Source: Clostridiaceae bacterium (GTDB taxonomy: Bacteria > Bacillota > Clostridia > Oscillospirales > Acutalibacteraceae). From it: DNA of 64,000 nucleotides. How positions within the stretch are numbered: position 1 is the stretch's first letter; the number at the start of each line of letters is the position of its first letter. The stretch covers positions 5,266-69,265 of the forward strand of contig JAEDGF010000002.1 in assembly GCA_016297645.1 (NCBI GenBank), given 5' to 3'. This document shows positions 1-8,392 of this stretch, one piece after another. Position numbers and translations under genes: made by a program. A model generated the notes under the pieces. The model searched no databases. It saw only the letters and a program-made list of their open reading frames with translations, and was not told where the DNA came from.

Positions 1-317
1 TGTGCGGTATTGCGGGCTTGCTGCTTGTTTCCGGTACAAACCACACTATTTCGAGCGAAACGACCGGCGGCAGAGGCTTCACTGCAATAATGGTATCTTG
101 GCTTGCAAAATTCAATCCGTTTGTGATGATTCTTACATCGTTCCTTATAGTATTCCTCGACAGAGGTGCAAGCGAAATAGCTACCCGTTTCCGGCTTGAC
201 GAGAGCATGGCGGATATCCTCACCGGAATCATTCTTTTCTTCATAATAGCTTCCGAATTCTTTATCAATTACAAAATCAATTTCCGTTCGAAGAAAAAGA
301 AGGGGGTAAACGAATAA
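1..317 (+). CDS. ABC transporter permease, C-terminal fragment (BMP/nucleoside-sugar type); 5' end lies outside the window
   Basis: Frame 3 is open from the window edge to TAA 315-317. The tail is hydrophobic (ILTGIILFFIIASEFF). The stop overlaps the ATG of a second permease gene (TAATG), the usual tandem-permease layout. Confidence 0.6.
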   Translation, partial: CGIAGLLLVSGTNHTISSETTGGRGFTAIMVSWLAKFNPFVMILTSFLIVFLDRGASEIATRFRLDESMADILTGIILFFIIASEFFINYKINFRSKKKKGVNE

Positions 318-1297
318 TGAATAGACTTGTCAGCTTTTTTACTCAGGCGATTATTATCGGTATGCCCCTTTTGTACGGTTCCGTCGGTGAAATGATAATC
401 GAAAAATCGGGAAACCTGAACCTCGGTATCCCCGGTATCATGTATGTCGGCGGTATTTCCGGTATTGTCGGCGGATACTTTTTTGAAACATACGGCGACA
501 CTTCGAACACTTTTCTTTGCATTCTCATCCCGTTCCTGTGTTCGATAGTCGGCTCGGTGCTGATGTCCCTTATTTACAGCTTCCTCACCGTCACGCTTCG
601 TGCGAATCAGAATGTTACCGGTCTTGTGCTTACTACTTTCGGTATAGGTATAGGCAGCTTCATAGGCGGTTCGCTTTCAAGCATTCTCGGAACCGGAACG
701 ACTGTTTCTCTTAATATCATCGGCAGCTGCTTCAAAAAAACTCTGCCTTTTGCCGATAAACTCGGTCTGTTCGGAAAAGCCTTCTTCTCGTACGGGTTTA
801 TGACATATCTTGCAATCATTATCGCACTCGTTGCGGGATATGTTCTCAGAAAAACGAGAGTCGGTCTGAACCTGAAAGCCGTGGGTGAAAGCCCGGCAAC
901 GGCAGACGCTGCCGGAATCAGCGTAATAAAGTACAAGTACGGCGCTACCTGCATCGGCGGTGCAATAGCCGGACTCGGCGGACTGTATTATGTCATGGAA
1001 TTTATCGGCGGCACTTGGTCGAATGCCGGTTTCGGCGACAGGGGCTGGCTTGCCATCGCGCTTGTTATTTTCGCTCTTTGGAAGCCCGATCTCGGTATAA
1101 TCGGCTCGATTTTGTTCGGCGGACTTTACATTGTGTATATGTTCATCGGCGGATTGCCCCGTTCTTCACAGGAGATATTCAAGATGCTTCCGTATCTTGT
1201 TACCATTCTCGTTCTTATTGCTATCAGCGTTCGTAAAAAACGCGAAAATCAGCCTCCCGCGAGCCTCGGAGTTTCTTATTTCCGCGAGGAACGCTGA
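317..1297 (+). CDS. ABC transporter permease (BMP-family/nucleoside-type sugar ABC system, second permease)
   Basis: 326-aa polytopic membrane protein, Gly-rich with multiple TM segments. It is translationally coupled to the preceding permease fragment. Confidence 0.7.
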   Translation: MNRLVSFFTQAIIIGMPLLYGSVGEMIIEKSGNLNLGIPGIMYVGGISGIVGGYFFETYGDTSNTFLCILIPFLCSIVGSVLMSLIYSFLTVTLRANQNVTGLVLTTFGIGIGSFIGGSLSSILGTGTTVSLNIIGSCFKKTLPFADKLGLFGKAFFSYGFMTYLAIIIALVAGYVLRKTRVGLNLKAVGESPATADAAGISVIKYKYGATCIGGAIAGLGGLYYVMEFIGGTWSNAGFGDRGWLAIALVIFALWKPDLGIIGSILFGGLYIVYMFIGGLPRSSQEIFKMLPYLVTILVLIAISVRKKRENQPPASLGVSYFREER

Positions 1298-1346
1298 TTC
1301 GGAATTGCACTCTTTATAATCAATATTTCGTTTTGCGAAATTTAAG

Positions 1347-1410
1347 CGGCTGCAACGCGGCAGAACCCGTCACGGGACTTGGTCTGCCCTTGCAGCCGAT
1401 TTTTGTTTTT
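1347..1410 (+). terminator. Rho-independent terminator after the ABC permease genes
   Basis: Long imperfect hairpin cggctgcaacgcggcagaacc / ggtctgcccttgcagccg (1347-1398), followed by atttttgttttt. Confidence 0.7.
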
Positions 1411-1468
1411 CGGCTTTTCCTTTTTCGGAGCAAAAGCAATTATTGACTTATTTTCCTGTGCATTATGC

Positions 1469-1497
1469 TTGAAATTCCTTTGAATTTATGTTAAAAT
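1469..1497 (+). promoter_or_regulatory. SigA-type promoter (TTGAAA-17-TAAAAT with TGt extended -10)
   Basis: -35 at 1469-1474 and -10 at 1492-1497 with a 17-nt spacer. The predicted TSS near 1503 excludes the 1496 ATG and supports the 1538 start. Confidence 0.5.
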
Positions 1498-1537
1498 GTC
1501 ACTAAATAAAAGGCGAAATTTGTTCGGAGTGAAGCTG

Positions 1538-3871
1538 ATGAAGCGTGTTTCAAAGAAAATACTTGTTATTCTTCTTGCCGTTGCTTTTTTGTTCGGCTTT
1601 GTTTCGTGCGGAAAAACGGACGGTGTTGTTGCCGGTTTCTCGGTAAAAAGCTCGAAAGAAACGATAGGCTCGGGTACCGCGTCCTTTCATACTCTGACCT
1701 CACTCCCCGAAAATACCGTTACCACATCGGGACTTACCGCGTTGTCTTTTGAGCCGTCGTCCTCCTCCGTCTGTGTCACGGAGCTTACGAAGGGCAATGT
1801 CTGGTCGGTGCTGCCATTGTTTGAAAACGGTTCGGCTTCCGTCATCGATATCGTTCTCAGAACAGCCGACGGAGTATTTTACCTCAATTCTCAGGACAAC
1901 TCCGTGGCGTTTGGTTCTTATAAATACGAAACCTCCGCAAACGGTGTGTCGGTTGAATATTTAATTGCCGATAATGCGGAAAATGTTTCCGGCGCGGTGT
2001 CCTCCGTTACAAAGGGCGCTGCGGCACGCATCAAGGTCGATTTTACCCTGACAGACGGCGATTTGCGCGTTAGCATCGACTGCGGAAAAATTGAGCTTTC
2101 ACCCGGCGCGGTGCTTGAAAGTATTTCGCTTATGCCTTATTTCGGCGCGATCAAGCCTTCTTCCGAAGGTGAGAACTCCGCTCTCGAACAGGCGGTTCTT
2201 TCTTCTGCACAGGAAAAGGCAGGCATCCCGGACGGTATTCTCTCCTCCGAAAACGCGACGGCTGCTGCCGAAAACGAGAATGAAACGGCAAGGGATAACG
2301 GCGGCAAAAACGGAGAAAGTGAAGAAAAAAGCGATAACGATGAAAACAAGAGTGATGTTTCCACACCTGATTTCTTGCTTGTTCCGGACGGATGCGGGGC
2401 AATTATGTATACAGGCAGGGACGACTCCGCCACCGCCGAGCTTGTATTCGATGTCTACGGCAGCGGTGAAAACAGTGCCGACATCCCCGTGTTCGGAATA
2501 AAAAAGGGGAGCGGTGCTTTTTCTGCCGTAATAGGCGAAGGTGCGGCTCTTGCCGAAATTAAAGCGCGCCGTTCCGAAAAGGATCCCTTCGGCGCAGCCA
2601 CCGTTTATCCGTTTTTTACAATAACCGAAGGTGCGGCAAAGAACGGAAGATACAATTATATTCCGCCGTACAGCGGTAATATTTCCGTTTGCTACCGTTT
2701 TTTGTCGGGCAGTGAAGCGAATTATGTCAGTATGGCAGCCGTCTGTCGTGAAGAGCTTATACGAAACGGCACTCTCTCATCAAAAACACTTTCCGATAAC
2801 GACTATCCGCTTAACATATCGATCATTGCAAGCGCAGACGGAACATCAAAGCGCACAGCTTCAACATTTGAAGAAACGGAAGATCTTTTGCAGCTGTTGA
2901 AGGCAAAGGGAATCGAAAATGCCGAGATCGTTCTGAACGGTATTTTTTCGAGCGGACTTGCTTATGACGGTTCATCCTTAATGCGTGTCCTGAGGGTAGC
3001 CGGAGGTGCGAGCGGACTGCAAAAGCTGTTCGACTATGCCGAAAAGCAAAAATTCACGGTGTTCGCAGGTGTTAACCTCGTAAAATCCGCAGGTCTTAAA
3101 AGCAACAAGACTGCAAAGGACGCAAACGGCGATACCGTAAGTTCATTTGTTTTCAATCCCATTGCACCGCAGATAGGTCAGGCGAAATATGCGGTCGATA
3201 TCTGCTCCGCCGACAGTATAGAGAAAAACACGGTGGAATTGATGAACGGTGCCGAGCGTCTTTCGGTCTCGGGACTGTGCATTCTTGACGGCGATATCGG
3301 TTCTTATTCCGACAGCTCCTCCGGAATGAATTCAGCGCAGGTTTCGGCGCTGCTCAAAAATAACATTTCGGCATTTGCAACGCGCAAATCTCTTGCAATT
3401 TCCTCCGGCAGTCTGAATACTGTCAAAAATGTGTCGCTGCTTCTCAATTCTTCGCTGCATACCGTAAATGCGGAGAGTGAAGCCTATCGCGCTGTCCCGC
3501 TCATTCCCGCGGTGCTGCATTCTACGGTACGGTATTCCGGCGCTCCGGTAAACACCGGTTCGGCAGCTCAGCTCGAACTTCTCAAATGTGTGGAATACGG
3601 CGCACAGCCGTATTACCTTTGGGTATTCGATAAATCGTCCGATTATTGCTATGAGCAGACCTTTAACGACGCCGTTTCTTTCGTTTTGCGCGCAAGCGAC
3701 GAGCTTGGAGAGCTTGGACAGTGCCGCATTGTAAGCCACAGCGAAACGGAAAGCAATGTCTTTTGCACGGGGTACGACAACGGCGCTCTTGTGTATGTAA
3801 ACTACAATAACTATTCGGTCAACATCGGGGATATCTCCGTGCTGCCGTATGATTATATCAGAATAAATTGA
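1538..3871 (+). CDS. Large uncharacterised lipoprotein with an acidic low-complexity linker
   Basis: Start MKRVSKKILVILLAVAFLFGFVSCGK carries a lipobox (FVSC) and is preceded by GGAG. An internal D/E/N/K-rich tract is present (ENENETARDNGGKNGESEEKSDNDENKSD). No catalytic motif was recognised. Confidence 0.6.
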   Translation: MKRVSKKILVILLAVAFLFGFVSCGKTDGVVAGFSVKSSKETIGSGTASFHTLTSLPENTVTTSGLTALSFEPSSSSVCVTELTKGNVWSVLPLFENGSASVIDIVLRTADGVFYLNSQDNSVAFGSYKYETSANGVSVEYLIADNAENVSGAVSSVTKGAAARIKVDFTLTDGDLRVSIDCGKIELSPGAVLESISLMPYFGAIKPSSEGENSALEQAVLSSAQEKAGIPDGILSSENATAAAENENETARDNGGKNGESEEKSDNDENKSDVSTPDFLLVPDGCGAIMYTGRDDSATAELVFDVYGSGENSADIPVFGIKKGSGAFSAVIGEGAALAEIKARRSEKDPFGAATVYPFFTITEGAAKNGRYNYIPPYSGNISVCYRFLSGSEANYVSMAAVCREELIRNGTLSSKTLSDNDYPLNISIIASADGTSKRTASTFEETEDLLQLLKAKGIENAEIVLNGIFSSGLAYDGSSLMRVLRVAGGASGLQKLFDYAEKQKFTVFAGVNLVKSAGLKSNKTAKDANGDTVSSFVFNPIAPQIGQAKYAVDICSADSIEKNTVELMNGAERLSVSGLCILDGDIGSYSDSSSGMNSAQVSALLKNNISAFATRKSLAISSGSLNTVKNVSLLLNSSLHTVNAESEAYRAVPLIPAVLHSTVRYSGAPVNTGSAAQLELLKCVEYGAQPYYLWVFDKSSDYCYEQTFNDAVSFVLRASDELGELGQCRIVSHSETESNVFCTGYDNGALVYVNYNNYSVNIGDISVLPYDYIRIN

Positions 3872-3890
3872 TTTGGTTCGGAGAATAATT

Positions 3891-4463
3891 ATGGCGACAA
3901 TTCATGATGCCTTCACGGGCGGAGTCGAGTTAGGCGGACTGTATTCACAGGCTGACATAAGGATAGCCGTGTGTTATCTGCTTAAAGCGATAAACTGTCC
4001 GATTTCAAAACGCGGCTTTACGGACTCGATGCAGACGGCAAAGCTGATGAATTACTTTGAAGTGAACGACGCGTTGTCATACCTTACCGCAAACGGACTT
4101 ATTGCGGAGGATGTACGCAAGGATGACGCTTACTATTCGCTTCTGCCTCCCGGTGCGGAGCTTTCCGAGCGTCTTGAAACGGATCTCCCTACATATTTCC
4201 GCGATCGTGCGGTCGTAGTTGCACTTAAAGTTGCGGCAAGCGAACGCAGACGGCAGTATGCGCATACCGATATAAAAAAGATCGAGGACGGATATCACGC
4301 TATCCTGAGTCTTACCGACGGAAAAACCCTGATGATGCAGACGACCGTCTATGCGCCCGACAGTCTTCAAGCAAATGCGGTCTGTGCTTCCTTTGAGGAT
4401 GACCCTTTGAAATTGTATACCGCGATCATAAATACCATAACAGTAAAACAGGACGACGACTAA
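3891..4463 (+). CDS. Uncharacterised small cytoplasmic protein, possibly DUF4364-type
   Basis: ATG at 3891 follows GGAGA. The 190-aa ORF sits directly upstream of phoH. The family assignment is from memory only. Confidence 0.35.
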   Translation: MATIHDAFTGGVELGGLYSQADIRIAVCYLLKAINCPISKRGFTDSMQTAKLMNYFEVNDALSYLTANGLIAEDVRKDDAYYSLLPPGAELSERLETDLPTYFRDRAVVVALKVAASERRRQYAHTDIKKIEDGYHAILSLTDGKTLMMQTTVYAPDSLQANAVCASFEDDPLKLYTAIINTITVKQDDD

Positions 4464-4472
4464 GGAGAAAAG

Positions 4473-5444
4473 ATGTACGAATATACACTGAATTTCGAGC
4501 GCATGGAGCAGGCTATCGGTCTTTTCGGCAACTTTGACGAGAATATGCGCATTATTGAAAACGAGTACGGTGTAAGCGTGGTGAACCGCGGTAATTCCAT
4601 GAAAATCTGCGGTGAGCCGGAAAAGGTATCGCTTGCGGCAAAAGCCGTTGAAGGGCTTGTTATGCTGCTCAACAAGGGCGAACAGCTCAATGAACAGAAT
4701 GTCAGGTATTGCATTTCGCTTGTAAACGAAGGCGCGGACGACAGAATCCCTTCGCTTGCGTCCGACTGCATATGTATCACAATGAGCGGGAAACCGGTAA
4801 AGCCCAAAACGCTCGGACAAAAGAAATATGTTGACACCATCAAAAACAATACTATCGTTTTCGGTGTAGGTCCTGCCGGTACCGGTAAAACATATCTTGC
4901 GGTCGCAATGGCGGTGAAGGCTTTCAGGGCAAAGGAAGTCACCCGCATAATTCTTACAAGACCCGCCGTTGAAGCCGGTGAAAAACTCGGATTTCTGCCC
5001 GGTGACTTGCAGCAGAAGGTTGACCCGTACCTCCGCCCCCTCTATGACGCACTGTTTGATATGCTCGGGGCTGATAATTTTCAGAAATGTCAGGAAAAAG
5101 GCAGCATCGAAGTCGCGCCGCTTGCATATATGCGAGGCAGAACGCTTGACGACAGCTTTATAATTCTCGATGAAGCGCAGAATACCACTCCCGAGCAGAT
5201 GAAGATGTTCCTGACAAGACTCGGGTTTAACTCAAAAATAGTTGTGACGGGTGATGTTACGCAGATCGATCTGCCCGACGGGAAAAAGTCGGGACTGAAA
5301 GAAGCCGTTAAAATTCTCAAAGATATACCGGATATAGTTACGGTCAGGTTTACCGAAAAAGATGTCGTAAGGCACCGCCTTGTTCAGGATATTATCAAGG
5401 CTTACGAAAAATACGGCGAGAAAAACAGTAAACCGAAAAAATGA
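4473..5444 (+). CDS. phoH: PhoH-family ATPase
   Basis: Walker A GVGPAGTGKTYLAVAMAV and ILDEAQN. RBS AAGGAGAA upstream. Conserved phoH-ybeY-era-recO neighbourhood. Confidence 0.9.
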   Translation: MYEYTLNFERMEQAIGLFGNFDENMRIIENEYGVSVVNRGNSMKICGEPEKVSLAAKAVEGLVMLLNKGEQLNEQNVRYCISLVNEGADDRIPSLASDCICITMSGKPVKPKTLGQKKYVDTIKNNTIVFGVGPAGTGKTYLAVAMAVKAFRAKEVTRIILTRPAVEAGEKLGFLPGDLQQKVDPYLRPLYDALFDMLGADNFQKCQEKGSIEVAPLAYMRGRTLDDSFIILDEAQNTTPEQMKMFLTRLGFNSKIVVTGDVTQIDLPDGKKSGLKEAVKILKDIPDIVTVRFTEKDVVRHRLVQDIIKAYEKYGEKNSKPKK

Positions 5445-5474
5445 CATTTGAACAGTGAGAGAGGTAATACAGAT

Positions 5475-5981
5475 ATGACTGATAAAATTAAAGTAATCAT
5501 AACCAACGACCAAAATACGGTCAAAGTCCCCTCCGGCACGCGCCTGCTTATCAGGCGCTGCTGTCATGCAGTTTTGCTGCTTGAAAACTTCAAGGGTTCG
5601 GCGGAAATAAGCGTCCGCTTTGTTGATAACGCTCAGATACGGGAGCTTAATGCCCAATACAGGAAAATAGACCGCGAAACGGATGTTCTGTCATTCCCGC
5701 TCGGGGAAAACGGCGAGTATGACATAAACCCGGCGTCGGGAGCATATATGCTCGGCGATATAGTTATTTCCGTGCAAAAGGCGATGGAGCAGGCAAGCGA
5801 GTTCGGTCATTCGCTTGAAAGAGAAATTGCGTTCCTTACGGTTCATTCAATGCTTCATCTGTTGGGCTACGACCATGTTAACGGAGGACTTGAAGCCGTA
5901 CATATGCGTGAAAAAGAAGAAACGGTTCTCACCCAGCTGGGCTTAAAGAGAAACGGAAGCTACTATCTTGACGAGGAATAA
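5475..5981 (+). CDS. ybeY: rRNA maturation endoribonuclease YbeY
   Basis: Zinc motif HSMLHLLGYDH. ATG at 5475 follows AGAGAGG. Confidence 0.9.
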   Translation: MTDKIKVIITNDQNTVKVPSGTRLLIRRCCHAVLLLENFKGSAEISVRFVDNAQIRELNAQYRKIDRETDVLSFPLGENGEYDINPASGAYMLGDIVISVQKAMEQASEFGHSLEREIAFLTVHSMLHLLGYDHVNGGLEAVHMREKEETVLTQLGLKRNGSYYLDEE

Positions 5982-5985
5982 TAAT

Positions 5986-6891
5986 ATGGCTGCTGATTCA
6001 CTTAATTCAAAAACCGCATTTATTGCAATTGTAGGCTGCCCCAATGTCGGAAAATCCTCTCTGCTCAATCGTTTTCTCGGGGAAAAGGTCGCCATTGTAT
6101 CACCTAAGCCGCAGACGACGCGTACACGGATAATGGGCGTGCTGACCGACGGCGCTACTCAGCTCGTTTTTACGGATACTCCCGGCTATCATAAACCGAA
6201 AAATAAGCTCGGCGAAAACATGATAAGAGCTGTCGGCGAGGGAATAAACGATGTAGACGCTTGTCTGCTTGTCGTTGAGCCGTCCGGCGATATCCGTCCC
6301 GAAGAACAGACTCTTATAAAAAAGATCAAAAAGGCAGAACTGCCTGCCGTGTTGGCGATAAATAAGATCGATACTGTGGAAAACAAGGAGGAGCTTCTTG
6401 CGAGAATTAGCCTTTTTGCCGGGCTTTATGACTTTAACGCGATAGTGCCGGTGTCTGCCGTTGACGGCAACGGGCTTGATGAGCTTATCTCCGAGTTAAA
6501 GAGCCTTGCGATGCCTTCGGAGCATCTTTTTCCGGATGATACTCTTACTGATCAGCCCGAAAAGGTCATAGCTGCCGAGTATATAAGAGAAAAAATATTG
6601 AAGTTCGTCGACAAGGAAATTCCGCACGGTACTGCCGTTGCCATTGAAAAATTCAAGGACCGCGCCGACAGCGATATTCTTGATATCGAAGCAACCATCT
6701 ACTGTGAAAAAGAGAGTCACAAGGGCATAATAATAGGAAAAGGCGGCGAAATGCTTAAAAGAATATCCACCGCCGCACGAAAAGATCTCGAAAAATTCTT
6801 CGCCTGCCGTGTCAACCTGAAATGCTGGGTAAAGGTAAAAGAGGATTGGCGCAATCGTGAGGGACTTATCCATAATTTCGGACTTGACTGA
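5986..6891 (+). CDS. era: GTPase Era
   Basis: G1 GCPNVGKSSLLN, G3 DTPG, G4 NKID and a C-terminal KH region (KGIIIGKGGEMLK). Confidence 0.92.
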   Translation: MAADSLNSKTAFIAIVGCPNVGKSSLLNRFLGEKVAIVSPKPQTTRTRIMGVLTDGATQLVFTDTPGYHKPKNKLGENMIRAVGEGINDVDACLLVVEPSGDIRPEEQTLIKKIKKAELPAVLAINKIDTVENKEELLARISLFAGLYDFNAIVPVSAVDGNGLDELISELKSLAMPSEHLFPDDTLTDQPEKVIAAEYIREKILKFVDKEIPHGTAVAIEKFKDRADSDILDIEATIYCEKESHKGIIIGKGGEMLKRISTAARKDLEKFFACRVNLKCWVKVKEDWRNREGLIHNFGLD

Positions 6892-7637
6892 TGGAACGGT
6901 TTACTGTTGACGGAATCGTCGTAAAAACAAGTGTGACCGGAGAATCCGACTACATTGTGTGGGTTCTTACACGGAACAGGGGGGTGCTTCGTGCTTTTGC
7001 AAAGGGCGCAAGGGGTACGAAAAGTAAGCTTCACGGTGCGGTTTCGCAGTTTTGCTACGGTACTTTTACATTTTTCGAAAACAAGGGCGTTTTCAGTATA
7101 TCGGAGGCTGTGTTATCGGAGGCATTTTTTGCTCTTCGAAATGAATTTACGACGCTTACGCTTTCGCAATATTTCTGCGAGGTCGTGCTGAAATGCGTAG
7201 AGGAAAACGCGGACAGCGAGGATTGTCTCAGGCTTTTGTTGAACTGTCTGCATTTTCTCTGCACCGGTTCCCGTCCGCCCGAACAGATAAAATGTATTTT
7301 CGAGCTTCGTTTTGCCTGTATTGCAGGCTATGCACCTATGCTTGTTGCGTGTGACGAATGCGGCGAATACGAAACTCCCGTGATGTATTTTGATTGCTCC
7401 ACGGGTCAGCTTTTTTGCAGCTCCTGCGGACAGGATCGTGCGCTGCCCTCGCTTCCGGTTGCCGCCGTGTCCGTTATGCGGCATATCGTTTTTTCGAAAT
7501 TCGGCTCCGTTTTTTCTTTTACCGCCGAGCCGGAGGTTCTCGACTCCGTTTCACGGCTCACGCAGCAGTATTTGCAGAATGCCGTTCAGCAGCGGTTTAA
7601 TGTGTTGCGATATCTTAATGAAATAACCGACGGTTAA
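6891..7637 (+). CDS. recO: DNA repair protein RecO
   Basis: 248 aa, start overlapping the era stop (TGATG). Internal zinc-finger CDECG...CSSCG. Conserved position after era. Confidence 0.85.
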   Translation: MERFTVDGIVVKTSVTGESDYIVWVLTRNRGVLRAFAKGARGTKSKLHGAVSQFCYGTFTFFENKGVFSISEAVLSEAFFALRNEFTTLTLSQYFCEVVLKCVEENADSEDCLRLLLNCLHFLCTGSRPPEQIKCIFELRFACIAGYAPMLVACDECGEYETPVMYFDCSTGQLFCSSCGQDRALPSLPVAAVSVMRHIVFSKFGSVFSFTAEPEVLDSVSRLTQQYLQNAVQQRFNVLRYLNEITDG

Positions 7638-7644
7638 AAGGAGA

Positions 7645-8039
7645 ATGAAGGTGACAAAACAACGCGAATGTATCCTGCGTGTAGTACGCGAGAATGAAGG
7701 TCATTATACCGCAGAGGAAATTTTTGAGCTTGCAAAAAAAGAATACCCCGGCATAGCCGTCGCTACCGTTTACAATAATTTGAATGCACTTGTCGAAGCC
7801 CGTATCATAAAGAGAATTTCCCGTGTGGGAAAACCCGATGTCTATGATAAGAGCATTCGCCCGCACGAGCATATGATCTGCACCGTGTGCGCCCGTATAT
7901 TCGACCTTGATTTGCCGACTGTCAGAGAGGAGAGGAATTGAACAAATCCGTAAACAGCGTAATTGAGGATTACGACCTTACCGTTTACGCGAAGTGCAAC
8001 GAGTGTATTGAAAAAGAAAAAAATAATAATATCGAATAA
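7645..8039 (+). pseudogene. Fur/PerR-family metalloregulator interrupted by a frameshift near 7926-7940
   Basis: Frame 1 (7645-7941) encodes the winged-helix domain and HEHMICTVCARIFDL, then stops (REERN*). The missing C-terminus, EELNKSVNSVIEDYDLTVYAKCNECIEKE with the second CxxC, continues in frame 3 from 7932 to TAA 8037-8039. Confidence 0.7.
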
Positions 8040-8051
8040 TTGCATATGAAT

Positions 8052-8090
8052 TCGGACGACCGTCGTTCTTTCTCGGACGGGGTCGTTTTT
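8052..8090 (+). terminator. Probable intrinsic terminator after the fur-family gene
   Basis: Imperfect hairpin acgaccgtc / gacggggtcgt followed by ttttt. Confidence 0.5.
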
Positions 8091-8318
8091 CATGTTTAAA
8101 TACGACAGATTTTGTTTTTATAAATTTGTGTTCCAAAATAAAGAACTTATATCGAAAAGAAAAAACCGCGTTTCCTTTGCAATGTGTTTTTTTGAGTGTT
8201 GCTAAGAAAAGAGCGGTCATCTTTTTTTGTTGAGCCTTATACTCGTTTCTTGTTTAAAAAAGTGTTGAGTTCCTGTTTTATTTATATATTCGATAAGGTA
8301 AAAGTATAGCGGACATTG

Positions 8319-8347
8319 TTGACAAAAAAAGAGTAAAATGCTATAAT
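8319..8347 (+). promoter_or_regulatory. Consensus SigA promoter for pck (TTGACA-17-TATAAT with TGc extended -10)
   Basis: -35 at 8319-8324 and -10 at 8342-8347. RBS AAGGAGA lies before ATG 8393. Confidence 0.7.
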
Positions 8348-8392
8348 GATACTGATTTCGGAAAAATTTTTCTACTAAGGAGAACTAAAGAT

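Noticed and set aside
1496-1537. Longer N-terminus (MSLNKRRNLFGVKL) for the lipoprotein
   Set aside because: The predicted promoter -10 (1492-1497) overlaps this ATG. The downstream ATG at 1538 has a GGAG RBS and begins a canonical lipoprotein signal peptide.
7921-7941. Programmed -1 ribosomal frameshifting in the fur-family gene
   Set aside because: There is no slippery X-XXY-YYZ heptamer and no downstream stimulatory structure at the junction. A mutation or sequencing error in the GAGAGGAGAGGAA tract is more parsimonious.
8185-8271. Three loosely repeated T7/A6-GTGTTGAG-like elements upstream of the pck promoter
   Set aside because: The copies are degenerate and AT-rich, and the spacing is irregular (about 35-37 nt). 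They cannot be distinguished from low-complexity promoter-upstream DNA without comparative data.
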